Positions 54,032 through 64,000 of a DNA stretch of 64,000 bases are shown here, piece after piece (position 1 is the first letter of the stretch; each line of letters starts with the position of its first letter). The notes below the pieces were generated by a model. That model had not been told where the DNA came from. It ran no database searches and saw nothing but the letters and a program-made list of their open reading frames with translations. Source of the stretch: Oculatellaceae cyanobacterium bins.114. GTDB taxonomy: Bacteria > Cyanobacteriota > Cyanobacteriia > Elainellales > Elainellaceae. The stretch lies in the NCBI GenBank assembly GCA_033764315.1, contig JANRJA010000086.1, positions 28,449-92,448 of the forward strand, read 5' to 3'. The translations under genes and the position numbers were made by a program.

Positions 54032-57000
54032 ATGCCTCGCCGCACCGATATTCAAAAAATTCTGCTGATTGGCTCTGGTCCGATTGTGATTGGGCAAGCT
54101 TGTGAATTCGACTATTCTGGAACTCAAGCCTGTAAAGCCTTACGGGATGAGGGTTATGAAGTGGTGTTGGTCAATTCCAACCCTGCTACGATCATGACCG
54201 ATCCTGAAATTGCTAATCGCACCTACATTGAGCCACTCACTCCGGAAATGGTTGAGAAAGTCATTGCCAAGGAGCGACCAGACGCTTTGTTACCCACTAT
54301 GGGTGGTCAGACAGCTCTCAATCTAGCCGTGACCCTTGCCAAAACTGGCGTATTAGACCGATATGGTGTCGAGTTAATTGGCGCAAAGCTACCTGCGATC
54401 GAGATGGCAGAAGATCGCAAACTGTTTAAAGAGGCCATGCAGCGCATTGGGGTAGATGTGTGTCCGTCTGGGCTAGCCGAAACCATGCCAGAGGCAAAAG
54501 CGATCGCCATTGAGATCGGCAGCTATCCCTTGATTATCCGTCCTGCCTTCACGATGGGTGGCACTGGGGGTGGTATTGCCTACAATCAAGAAGAATTTGA
54601 AGAGATTGCTCAGTCAGGTATTGACGCCAGCCCAGTATCCCAAATTTTGATCGAGCAGTCACTTTTAGGATGGAAAGAGTATGAACTAGAGGTGATGCGT
54701 GACCTCGCTGATAACGTCGTCATCATTTGCTCGATTGAAAACCTCGATCCAATGGGAATTCATACTGGCGATTCGATCACCGTTGCTCCGGCTCAGACGC
54801 TAACCGATAAGGAATATCAACGTCTGCGGGATGCCTCTATCAAAATTATTCGTGAGATTGGGGTTGAGACGGGTGGCTCTAACATTCAGTTTGCCGTCAA
54901 CCCCATAACAGGGCAGTTGATTGTGATTGAGATGAACCCGCGTGTCTCCCGTAGTTCGGCCTTGGCGTCTAAAGCAACGGGCTTTCCGATCGCCAAAATG
55001 GCGGCTAAGCTAGCCGTCGGCTATACCCTGGACGAAATTCCCAATGACATTACGAAGAAAACCCCAGCCAGCTTTGAACCGACGATTGACTATGTTGTCA
55101 CTAAAATCCCTCGGTTTGCCTTTGAAAAATTTCCTGGCTCTAGTCCCGTCTTGACTACTCAGATGAAGTCAGTGGGCGAAGCAATGGCGATTGGGCGAAC
55201 GTTTCAGGAGTCGTTTCAAAAGGCACTGCGATCGCTCGAAACGGGGCGAGCTGGCTGGGGTTGTGATCGCTCTGAGAAGTTGCCTAGTTTAGAGCAAATT
55301 CGAGCAGGTCTGCGGACTCCTAACCCCGATCGGATCTTTACAGTCCGCCATGCCTTGCTGATGGGCATGAGTGTTGAAGAAGTCTATGAGCTGACCTGCA
55401 TCGATATTTGGTTTTTGGATAAGCTCGCTGAGCTACTAGAAACTGAGAAATTCTTGAAGCGATCGCAGTTAACCAAGCTGAGTCAGGAGCAACTCTTTGC
55501 CATTAAACAACAGGGCTTTAGCGATCGCCAAATTGCTTATGCGACCAAAACCACCGAGGATGAGGTGCGAGCCTATCGTCAGCAATTGGGCGTCATCCCA
55601 GTTTACAAAACGGTAGATACTTGTGCCGCTGAGTTTGAGGCGTTTACCCCCTACTATTACTCCACCTATGAGAGCAGCTTTGAGTGCCTAGAAACCGGGT
55701 CTGACGCTAGCATCCAGCATTCAGAATTTGCCACTGAGTCTGAAGTTTTGCCTTCTGACAAACGCAAGATCATGATTTTGGGGAGCGGCCCCAACCGGAT
55801 CGGACAAGGCATTGAGTTTGACTATTGTTGTTGTCATGCTTCCTATGCGTTGCGCGATCGCGGCTTTGAAACCATCATGGTTAACTCTAACCCAGAGACG
55901 GTTTCTACGGACTACGACACGAGCGATCGCCTCTACTTTGAGCCGCTTACCAAAGAAGATGTCCTCAATATCCTGGAAGCAGAACATCCAGAAGGCATCA
56001 TCATTCAATTTGGTGGGCAAACGCCACTCAAATTAGCAGTTCCTTTACAGACTTATCTAGAACAACTTAAGAGTGAAGGGGCGGCTTCGATTCCGCAAAT
56101 TTGGGGCACATCACCTGACTCTATCGACATTGCCGAAGATCGAGAGCGATTTGAGAAAATCTTGCGGGAAGTAGACATTCGCCAACCCCCCAACGGCATT
56201 GCCCGCAGTTTTGAAGAGGCTCTCAAGATTGCCCAAAATATCAGCTACCCAGTGGTTGTGCGTCCAAGCTATGTTTTGGGTGGGCGAGCGATGGAAATCG
56301 TCTACTCAGATGCAGATCTGGAACGCTATATGACCTACGCTGTGCAGGTCGAACCTGATCACCCCATCTTGATCGACAAGTTCTTAGAAAACGCTATTGA
56401 AGTAGATGTCGATGCGATCGCTGATCAAACGGGGCAAGTCGTTATCGGTGGCATCATGGAACACATCGAACAAGCGGGGATTCACTCAGGCGACTCTGCC
56501 TGTTCCATTCCGTCCATCACTTTGTCTACTGAGGTACTTACCCTCATTCGCGATTGGACAATTCAACTCGCACAAGCACTCAAAGTAATAGGGCTGATGA
56601 ACATTCAGTTCGCGGTTCAAGGTAATCAGGTCTACATCTTAGAAGCCAATCCCCGTGCCTCACGCACAGTGCCTTTTGTTTCCAAGGCGATCGGCATTCC
56701 CCTGGCAAAGATGGCGGTCCGAGTCATGTCGGGCGAGACACTACAAGCCTTGAACTACACAGAGGAAGTGATCCCTCAACATATTGCTGTTAAAGAAGCT
56801 GTTTTACCGTTTGAAAAATTCTCTGGTACCGACACGATTTTAGGCCCAGAGATGCGCTCTACGGGTGAAGTGATGGGGATTGACACTGATTTTGGTAAAG
56901 CCTTTGCCAAAGCCGAGTTAGCCGCATCTCAACGACTTCCCCTCAAGGGCACTGTATTTGTGTCGATGAACGATCGCGACAAAGACGCCTCTGTCTCAGT

Positions 57001-57340
57001 TGTTAAAGACTTAATCGATCTGGGTCTCGATGTAGTCGCCACTGAAGGCACTCGGCAAGTCTTGCGAGATAACAATTTAGAGGTTGAGTTAGTGCTCAAA
57101 CTACATGAAGGTCGTCCTAACATCATGGACTCCATCAAAAACCAGAGAATTCAGTTAATTCTCAACACTCCCATTGGAGAAGCGGCCCAAATTGACGATC
57201 GCATCCTGCGTCGCACTGCTCTCACTTACAAAATTCCCACCATTACTACCATTGCAGGTGCCAAAGCCACGGCGGCGGCAATTCGCGCTTTGCAGTCTCA
57301 ACCGCTCGATGTTAAAGCCATTCAAGATTACATGAGCTGA
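54032..57340 (+). CDS. carB: Carbamoyl-phosphate synthase large subunit
   Basis: [42 protein letters not shown] and an MGS-like domain. Confidence 0.99.
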   Translation: MPRRTDIQKILLIGSGPIVIGQACEFDYSGTQACKALRDEGYEVVLVNSNPATIMTDPEIANRTYIEPLTPEMVEKVIAKERPDALLPTMGGQTALNLAVTLAKTGVLDRYGVELIGAKLPAIEMAEDRKLFKEAMQRIGVDVCPSGLAETMPEAKAIAIEIGSYPLIIRPAFTMGGTGGGIAYNQEEFEEIAQSGIDASPVSQILIEQSLLGWKEYELEVMRDLADNVVIICSIENLDPMGIHTGDSITVAPAQTLTDKEYQRLRDASIKIIREIGVETGGSNIQFAVNPITGQLIVIEMNPRVSRSSALASKATGFPIAKMAAKLAVGYTLDEIPNDITKKTPASFEPTIDYVVTKIPRFAFEKFPGSSPVLTTQMKSVGEAMAIGRTFQESFQKALRSLETGRAGWGCDRSEKLPSLEQIRAGLRTPNPDRIFTVRHALLMGMSVEEVYELTCIDIWFLDKLAELLETEKFLKRSQLTKLSQEQLFAIKQQGFSDRQIAYATKTTEDEVRAYRQQLGVIPVYKTVDTCAAEFEAFTPYYYSTYESSFECLETGSDASIQHSEFATESEVLPSDKRKIMILGSGPNRIGQGIEFDYCCCHASYALRDRGFETIMVNSNPETVSTDYDTSDRLYFEPLTKEDVLNILEAEHPEGIIIQFGGQTPLKLAVPLQTYLEQLKSEGAASIPQIWGTSPDSIDIAEDRERFEKILREVDIRQPPNGIARSFEEALKIAQNISYPVVVRPSYVLGGRAMEIVYSDADLERYMTYAVQVEPDHPILIDKFLENAIEVDVDAIADQTGQVVIGGIMEHIEQAGIHSGDSACSIPSITLSTEVLTLIRDWTIQLAQALKVIGLMNIQFAVQGNQVYILEANPRASRTVPFVSKAIGIPLAKMAVRVMSGETLQALNYTEEVIPQHIAVKEAVLPFEKFSGTDTILGPEMRSTGEVMGIDTDFGKAFAKAELAASQRLPLKGTVFVSMNDRDKDASVSVVKDLIDLGLDVVATEGTRQVLRDNNLEVELVLKLHEGRPNIMDSIKNQRIQLILNTPIGEAAQIDDRILRRTALTYKIPTITTIAGAKATAAAIRALQSQPLDVKAIQDYMS

Positions 57341-57659
57341 AGGGCTAAAGATCAGCAATAGCGATCTGAGTGCCAAGGCAAAGTGTCTCCTGAGGTTGAG
57401 CGCAACGCCTTCTCAGCGGTCTTTGAGGAGTAGTATTGCCCCAACCAAGAGTTTGGGGGTTCTCTTTTAAGTCCTAAACGGGTAAGGATATGCCGCGCGG
57501 AGTGTAGGATATCCTTACTCAAAAATCATTACTTTTAGAGGACTACCCTCTTTTAATGTTTGGTTTTTAGAGGTTTGGTTTTGAATAGCAGACTAGTTTC
57601 TACAGACTGACCCCTACTCTAGGTTGTACAATTGACGGTTGTATTTTGCGTCACGAGCC

Positions 57660-58955
57660 TTGATTGAGCGGTATACCTTGCCCGAAATGGGCGAATTGTG
57701 GACAGAAACGTATAAATTAAAAACCTGGTTGCAGGTTGAGATTGCTGTGTGTGAAGCCCAGGCAGAGCTGGGTTACATTCCTCACGAGGCAGTTGCAGAG
57801 ATTAAAGCAAAAGCAAACTTTGATCCCCGTCGGGTTCTAGAAATTGAACAAGAAGTCCGCCATGACATCATTGCTTTTCTCACTAACGTCAACGAATACG
57901 TTGGAGACGCTGGACGTTACATTCACTTAGGGCTAACTAGCTCAGACGTTTTAGACACAGCATTAGCCTTGCAATTGGTGGCTAGCTTAGACGTCATTTT
58001 GGCGCAACTAGAAGCCTTAAGTCAGGCGATTCGCTATCAAGCACAACAACACCGTGACACGGTGATGATTGGGCGATCGCACGGAATTCATGCTGAACCG
58101 ATTACCTTTGGTTTTAAATTGGCGGGTTGGTTAGCAGAGGTTTTGCGGCATCGCGATCGCCTCTGTCGTCTGCACAATACCATTGCTGTGGGTAAAATCT
58201 CAGGAGCCGTGGGCACCTATGCCAACATTGATCCTCAGATTGAAGCGATCGCTTGTCAAAATCTAGGATTAGAACCTGATACCGCTTCGACGCAAGTGAT
58301 CTCGCGCGATCGCCATGCCGACTACATCCAGGCTCTTGCTTTGCTCGCTGCTTCCATTGAACGGTTTGCGGTTGAGATTCGCAACTTACAACGCACAGAT
58401 GTCCTGGAAGTTGAGGAATTTTTTGCCAAGGGTCAAAAAGGTTCCTCTGCTATGCCCCATAAACGTAACCCCATTCGCTCAGAACGGCTCACAGGTCTAG
58501 CCCGCATCATCCGAGGACATGCGATCGCGGCCCTAGAAAACGTAGCACTGTGGCACGAACGCGACATTTCCCACAGTTCTGTTGAGCGCGTCATGTTTCC
58601 AGATGCCTGCATCTTGACCCATTACATGTTGGTAGAGACGACCGATTTAATTAAGAATTTGCTCGTCTACCCGGAAAATATGCAACGTAACATGAATCGC
58701 TATGGAGGAGTTGTATTCAGTCAACGGGTACTTTTAGCCTTGGTAGACAAAGGCATGAGTCGAGAAGACGCCTATGCTTTAGTTCAATCCTGCGCTCACA
58801 CTGCATGGAACACTCCCACCGGAGATTTCCACGCACTTATCACCCAAAACCCACAAGTTAACACCCATCTCTCGCCCGACGAGATTGCAGCATGCTTCGA
58901 TCCTCAACATCATCTAAAACACTTAGATGTGATTTATCAACGGCTCAATATCTGA
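57660..58955 (+). CDS. purB: Adenylosuccinate lyase
   Basis: IERY N-terminus (TTG 57660), HLGLTSSD and GSSAMPHKRNP. Confidence 0.98.
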   Translation: MIERYTLPEMGELWTETYKLKTWLQVEIAVCEAQAELGYIPHEAVAEIKAKANFDPRRVLEIEQEVRHDIIAFLTNVNEYVGDAGRYIHLGLTSSDVLDTALALQLVASLDVILAQLEALSQAIRYQAQQHRDTVMIGRSHGIHAEPITFGFKLAGWLAEVLRHRDRLCRLHNTIAVGKISGAVGTYANIDPQIEAIACQNLGLEPDTASTQVISRDRHADYIQALALLAASIERFAVEIRNLQRTDVLEVEEFFAKGQKGSSAMPHKRNPIRSERLTGLARIIRGHAIAALENVALWHERDISHSSVERVMFPDACILTHYMLVETTDLIKNLLVYPENMQRNMNRYGGVVFSQRVLLALVDKGMSREDAYALVQSCAHTAWNTPTGDFHALITQNPQVNTHLSPDEIAACFDPQHHLKHLDVIYQRLNI

Positions 58956-59163
58956 TTTAACGACACTTGAGCTAAATAAAAGTCAATAGGGTGGAATGGA
59001 ACCTCTGTTTTGGAACTTTTGATACTGTCTAGCGTGATGATCTTAGAAGAAACTCCATCCATAACAACTCCTATGCAACTCTATCAAGGGTTCTCTATAC
59101 TTGAGCTTGATACAGAGTAGAGGGGCATTGATTACCGCTGATGGTTATTAATCCACCATACTA

Positions 59164-59754
59164 ATGTTGAAACCAGTGAAACTAATGGGACTTAACGTGC
59201 GATCGCCCAAACTTGCCCACTCTCACCTACCGAAACAGATTTTAGTTGCCACCGCTATCATAGCGGGAGCTATCTCCTCCCCAGTTCCAACCCACCCTGC
59301 TATTGCTCAAACCCCAACCAGTGCCGGACAAGCTCTAACCCTGCGTTCTGATATTCAGGAAGCCAATGCAGTCACTGGCGTGATTACAGCCCGTGGCAAC
59401 GTTCAAATCAATTATCCTGCTCGCCAGATTCAAGCTACTTCTGTGCAGGCCCAATACTACAGCCGTGAGCGACGAATCGTCCTCAGTGGAAATGTTTATG
59501 TGCTTCAAAATGGCAACAGCTTACGTGGAGAAACAATCACCTATCTAATTGATGAAGGGCGATTTGTTGCAGTTCCTGATGGGGCACAACAACAAGTTGA
59601 GGCGATTTACATCGTTCCCGATCCCAATCCTCCTGTGGCTCCCAATGCAACGGTGACTACAGTCACCCCCTCTGATGCCTCGGCTCAACCTAGCTCAGAT
59701 TTTAATCCCAAACCAGAATTTAAGACTCCAATCAGTCCGCCTACTTCACCCTAA
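59164..59754 (+). CDS. lptA: LptA/OstA family protein
   Basis: LRSDIQEAN, ARGNVQI, IVLSGNVYVLQ and GETITY. Lies upstream of lptB. Start uncertain. Confidence 0.85.
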   Translation: MLKPVKLMGLNVRSPKLAHSHLPKQILVATAIIAGAISSPVPTHPAIAQTPTSAGQALTLRSDIQEANAVTGVITARGNVQINYPARQIQATSVQAQYYSRERRIVLSGNVYVLQNGNSLRGETITYLIDEGRFVAVPDGAQQQVEAIYIVPDPNPPVAPNATVTTVTPSDASAQPSSDFNPKPEFKTPISPPTSP

Positions 59755-60084
59755 CTCACCCTTAAAAAGCCCTCGCAATCCGTCATAGGATCTACTCACT
59801 GCCTACTATCGTTACAGAATGTAGCTAATAGCCCTTTAAATTGGCTGGTTTTGGGTATTTATTCTTTAATAAATTGTGATTCAGAAGCTTCCCAAATGTC
59901 TTCGTTACCTGGATGAAGGCTATTTATCAAGGCAGGAATGCTGACCTTATTAACAATTGGTATAAAATATTCTTTCCTTCAGACGGTTTATTTGCTTCTT
60001 CTAAATGATTCACTTCTGGATGCAACTGCCTCTGATAAAATCTAAACCATCTTTTATCAAGCTGGGATCACTGAGAGTAAGCCT

Positions 60085-60813
60085 TTGAAGATTGTTCTGG
60101 AGAATATTCATAAATCCTATGGTCGGCGCGTCGTTGTCAATCGCGTTAATCTCTCTGTTGCGAGAGGTGAGGTTGTCGGACTGTTAGGGCCAAACGGAGC
60201 GGGCAAAACCACAACTTTTTATATTGCAACAGGCTTAGAGAAACCCAACTATGGGCGAGTGTGGCTCAATGATTTAGATATCACCGATCTACCCATCTCT
60301 AAACGAGCTCGTTTAGGCATTGGCTATCTTGCTCAAGAACCTAGCATTTTTAGAAATCTGAGTGTACGAGACAATATCTTATTAGTCATGCAACAAACTG
60401 ATATTCCTCGACACGAACATCGCGATCGCCTGCATCACCTCCTCAAAGAATTTCGTTTAGAGCGAATTGCTTCTACAACGGGGATCAAAGTATCAGGTGG
60501 AGAACGGCGTCGAACCGAACTAGCAAGAGCCTTGGCCGCAGGCCCAGAGGGTCCAAAATTCTTGTTGTTAGATGAACCCTTTGCTGGAGTTGACCCAATC
60601 GCTGTCTCTGAAATCCAAACGATTATTGCCAAGCTGCGCGATCGCTACATGGGCATTCTCATCACCGACCATAACGTTCGTGAAACATTAGCTATTACTG
60701 ACCGAGCTTATATCATGCGCGATGGGCAAATCTTAGCGTCAGGTAGTGCTGAAGAACTGTATGGCAACCCATTAGTGCGTCAATATTACTTGGGTGATAG
60801 TTTTCAGCCCTGA
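60085..60813 (+). CDS. lptB: LPS export ABC transporter ATP-binding protein
   Basis: GPNGAGKTT, SGGERRR, LLDEPFAGVDP and TDHNVRETL. Confidence 0.97.
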   Translation: MKIVLENIHKSYGRRVVVNRVNLSVARGEVVGLLGPNGAGKTTTFYIATGLEKPNYGRVWLNDLDITDLPISKRARLGIGYLAQEPSIFRNLSVRDNILLVMQQTDIPRHEHRDRLHHLLKEFRLERIASTTGIKVSGGERRRTELARALAAGPEGPKFLLLDEPFAGVDPIAVSEIQTIIAKLRDRYMGILITDHNVRETLAITDRAYIMRDGQILASGSAEELYGNPLVRQYYLGDSFQP

Positions 60814-60839
60814 TCGTCATTTGCGTTCTCACTGTCTTT

Positions 60840-62024
60840 ATGACTATAGGTTTCTCAAAATCCCCTAGCCCACAATTCAATCTCTGGTATTGGCTCCCTC
60901 AACTCTCTGTCATGGATCGCTATATCGTGACAGAACTAATTTTGCCATTTTTGTTTGGTGTGGGCATGTTCACCTCATTAGGGGTTTCGGTTGACAGCCT
61001 GTTTGAACTCATTCGCCGTGTCACTGAATCTGGGCTACCCCTATCAATTGCCCTCAAGGTACTACTCCTTAAACTTCCCCAATTTATTGTCTACTCATTT
61101 CCCATGTCGATTTTGTTGGCGACCTTAATGACCTATGGTCGATTTTCCAGCGATAGCGAATTAGTAGCAATGCGAGGATGTGGAGTCAGCACCTATCGCA
61201 TGGTAGCTCCTGCCTTGGTTTTATGTATTTTTGTCACAGGTGTAACGTTTATATTCCACGAATTGCTCGTACCTGCGGCTAACTACGAAGCAACCGTCAC
61301 GCTCCAAGAAGCTCTCAACGAAGAAAACCCTTCATTTCAAGAACAAAACATTCTTTACCAAGAGTTTCAAAACGTAGAACAACCCAATGGCGAAGACGAG
61401 CAGGTCTTATCTCGATTATTCTATGCCAGAGAGTTTGACGGAGAGCAAATGCAAGGGTTAACAATCCTTGATTTCTCTCAAGAAGGGCTGAATCAAATTG
61501 TTAGTGCTCGCTCTGCTTTGTGGAATGGTGAACAAAACACCTGGGATTTCTTTGATGGCACCATTTACGTTGTCTCTGCTGATGGCTCATTTCGCAACAT
61601 TGTCAAATTTCAGCAGCAACAACTCAAACTACCCAGAGAACCACTTGACTTAGCCACTCGCCAACGTGACTACGATGAGATGAATATTGCTCAATCTGTA
61701 GATTATTTGCGATTACTACAAACCGGGGGAAATGAATCTAAAATTCGTGAACTGCAAGTGCGTATTCAGCAAAAATACGCGCTTCCATTTGTTTGCATTG
61801 CCTATGGTCTTGTAGGGGCGGCTTTAGGCATGAGATTACAGCGTACAGGCAGAGCCACAAGCTTTGCAATTAGTATCTTAATCATCTTCACCTATTACCT
61901 ATCGGTCGTTATCAGCGGGGCGATCGCCCAAACTGGCAACATCTCGCCTTTCTTAGGAGCTTGGCTACCCAATTTGTTTGGTCTAGCATCTGGCATTGCT
62001 CTCCTAATCAAATCCGCACGATAA
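60840..62024 (+). CDS. LptF/LptG family permease
   Basis: MDRYI...PFLFG, SELVAMRGCGVS and AWLPN. Confidence 0.93.
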   Translation: MTIGFSKSPSPQFNLWYWLPQLSVMDRYIVTELILPFLFGVGMFTSLGVSVDSLFELIRRVTESGLPLSIALKVLLLKLPQFIVYSFPMSILLATLMTYGRFSSDSELVAMRGCGVSTYRMVAPALVLCIFVTGVTFIFHELLVPAANYEATVTLQEALNEENPSFQEQNILYQEFQNVEQPNGEDEQVLSRLFYAREFDGEQMQGLTILDFSQEGLNQIVSARSALWNGEQNTWDFFDGTIYVVSADGSFRNIVKFQQQQLKLPREPLDLATRQRDYDEMNIAQSVDYLRLLQTGGNESKIRELQVRIQQKYALPFVCIAYGLVGAALGMRLQRTGRATSFAISILIIFTYYLSVVISGAIAQTGNISPFLGAWLPNLFGLASGIALLIKSAR

Positions 62025-62249
62025 AGAACATCGGGTTAAAGCAATCGCTATCGAAACGACAGGTCTCTTACAAGGGCTAAAATAAACAAAGCTGAACAAT
62101 ACTTATCTATCACTTCTGTACTTGCATTAAGCAGGAACTTTTTCTACCTTACGGATTCTTGAAGAACAAAAGACATTGATTAAAATAGCCATTAGGATTG
62201 AACCAGCAAACTATTAACCAATATTCCCCTAAGACAACTAACTAGAACA

Positions 62250-63422
62250 ATGCCACTGTCAAACAAACTACCTAACTCACTTCGGTATGTGCGAGGGCGA
62301 CTACGGATTCTGAAGCGACCAATGGTTTGGGGATCAGCAGCAGGACTGCTGTTAGCAGTTATTTTGTTCTCAGAATATTGGAAGCATCCAGAATGGTTTT
62401 CATCCAGCGACGAGTACACCTCCACCTCAGGGGTCGCAAGCTTAGATAATTTGCCAAATTCTGGACAATATGGAGCGTTTCCATCGCAAGAGGATAGTGC
62501 CATTGGAGCTGACATTGATAGTTTACCCGTCCTACTGAATGACTTAGCACTCAATAGCCCTGCTCAAACCGATCAAGCTGATGCTACTGCTACTAGTCCA
62601 TCTGAGCAAGCCGTTGTTCCAAATGGTCAACCAACACCATCCACTGCTCCAACAACAAACCCTCCAAGTCATCCAGATCTAACATCTTCGACTCGCCGTA
62701 ATCCCTTTGCAGCAACACCTCAAAATACTCGATTATTTGATCTCAATCTACCTGGCATTGATCGCGCTAACAACCCCCCTGAAACAAACAACAACTTAAA
62801 TTCAGGCTTCGCTACAGGATTTGACTTGTTAGCAAACCCAGCACAACCACCTCAAAGTCCATTGCGCTCGGCAATTCAACAATATGCTCCTCGTAATGGC
62901 AATGACTCTGAATCTGGTAATACTGCTCAGCGATCGCAAAATAATGGCAGTAACACAGCTTCAAATTCCAACGTTAATCAATCTGCTTCAGACGGGCGGT
63001 TGCAACCCAATCAACCCATCCCTAATGGATTGTTACCTGCAACTTCACTTCAAACTTCTCCCCCGACCGGCACTACAGGCTATACCCTTCCCTCGATACT
63101 ACAAAATACCCCTTCCAGTGCTCCCAGTAACGGCAATACCTACGGCAACACAGGGCGATCTCAACCCCTACCAGGCTTACCAACGACTCCTCAACTTGCT
63201 CCTAGTGTATTACCTCAAACCGGAAACGTAGGGCGATCGACAGTACAAACTCCAACTTATGGAGCTAACCAAGGAAACTTGGTCAATCCTTACAACCTTC
63301 CATCAAGTAATAATCCCAGAACAACACAACCTCAATACGACGCTCCCAATTCCCAACCTGCACCATTTACTGCACCCCATTCACAGGGAGGCGGGGAAAT
63401 TAATACGTTTGCCAACCCATAA
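62250..63422 (+). CDS. Membrane-anchored, low-complexity (P/N/S/T/Q-rich) hypothetical protein
   Basis: One N-terminal hydrophobic helix, an IGADIDSLPVL block, a long disordered-looking tail and a terminal GGGEINTFANP. Confidence 0.82.
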   Translation: MPLSNKLPNSLRYVRGRLRILKRPMVWGSAAGLLLAVILFSEYWKHPEWFSSSDEYTSTSGVASLDNLPNSGQYGAFPSQEDSAIGADIDSLPVLLNDLALNSPAQTDQADATATSPSEQAVVPNGQPTPSTAPTTNPPSHPDLTSSTRRNPFAATPQNTRLFDLNLPGIDRANNPPETNNNLNSGFATGFDLLANPAQPPQSPLRSAIQQYAPRNGNDSESGNTAQRSQNNGSNTASNSNVNQSASDGRLQPNQPIPNGLLPATSLQTSPPTGTTGYTLPSILQNTPSSAPSNGNTYGNTGRSQPLPGLPTTPQLAPSVLPQTGNVGRSTVQTPTYGANQGNLVNPYNLPSSNNPRTTQPQYDAPNSQPAPFTAPHSQGGGEINTFANP

Positions 63423-63459
63423 GTTTCTACCTTCCTTTCAAAAGTCTAAAAAAGAAATA

Positions 63460-63503
63460 ATGCAAAGAGAGCATTCCACTGAGGCGGAATGCTCTCTTTG
63501 CAT
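63460..63503. terminator. Perfect 18-bp inverted repeat between convergent genes
   Basis: ATGCAAAGAGAGCATTCC-N8-GGAATGCTCTCTTTGCAT. Confidence 0.85.
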
Positions 63504-63580
63504 CAACTTTTAAGCTTGTAATGATTAAGGGCTATGTTAGAACAGTAAACACAACTAATTATTTCAGCCCATCACCCTCT

Positions 63581-63991
63581 CTAAGCTAAAACTGCTTCTT
63601 GCAACGCTTCCACATCACCATTAATCTGCGCTGATGTGTCTTCATCATCTCCATTGCGAATAGTATCCAGATCCACATCTAATACCGACATCTGTAAACC
63701 AGCTTTTGGAGCATTCCCATTATTAGATATATAGGGATTTGGTTCTATACTTCCTGTACAAATAATCAGTGACCCTTTTTTCAAGTAAGGGAGTTTTCTC
63801 CATGCTGCAGAATTGTCCCAAATACTTAAAGAAACAGTAAACGATTCTTTGCGGTTTCGAGGTTTGCGAACATACAAAGTTGCCTTAGCAACTTGCGCTT
63901 TTTCACCATCACGCAAATCAACCATCTTAACTTCAGCATCTGCTGCTAAATTGCCACTTACAATCCACTTATTCAAACCTGCACTTGCCAT
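63581..63991 (-). CDS. Single-stranded DNA-binding (SSB/OB-fold) family paralog
   Basis: LNKWIVSGNLAADAE, IW and YLKKGSLIICTGSI follow the SSB pattern. It lacks the DDIPF-like C-terminus. Confidence 0.82.
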   Translation of the reverse strand: MASAGLNKWIVSGNLAADAEVKMVDLRDGEKAQVAKATLYVRKPRNRKESFTVSLSIWDNSAAWRKLPYLKKGSLIICTGSIEPNPYISNNGNAPKAGLQMSVLDVDLDTIRNGDDEDTSAQINGDVEALQEAVLA

Positions 63992-64000
63992 AGATGTCTC

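Noticed and set aside
57341-57659. Possible 6S RNA, RNase P RNA or purine-related riboswitch in the carB-purB gap
   Set aside because: I could not match the hallmark sequences of any of these. The region is kept only as an unassigned structured segment.

Overview
This is 64 kb of cyanobacterial chromosome. The HIP1 octamer GCGATCGC occurs throughout, rpoC is split into rpoC1 and rpoC2, and ferredoxin-type glutamate synthase and ebsA are present. A filamentous Leptolyngbya/Oculatella-like host is my inference only. The window is mostly core genome: argG, pdhB, glsF, the str cluster (rpsL-rpsG-fusA-tuf-rpsJ), pheA, rne-rnhB, clpS, hisD, rpsT-tatD-rpoB-rpoC1-rpoC2, yajQ, carB, purB and an lptA-lptB-lptF/G cluster. 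I found no CRISPR array, rRNA, tRNA, intact transposase or prophage. The most unusual signal is in RNA polymerase: the gamma subunit (RpoC1) carries an extra segment of about 60 aa. Within it, 52 residues align without gaps (22/52 identical by hand) to a module near the end of the SI3 insertion of this genome's own RpoC2, which suggests a sandwich-barrel hybrid motif (SBHM) was copied between subunits. Lesser signals are a family of degenerate TAGC-ended palindromic miniature elements, a TIR-bounded MITE-like element after rpoC2, several structured intergenic RNA candidates, short perfect tandem duplications, a CRP-like site, a SigJ/SigF-like promoter at ebsA, and an AT-rich ankyrin/orphan edge at the window start. 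All alignments and pairings were done by eye, and no databases were searched.
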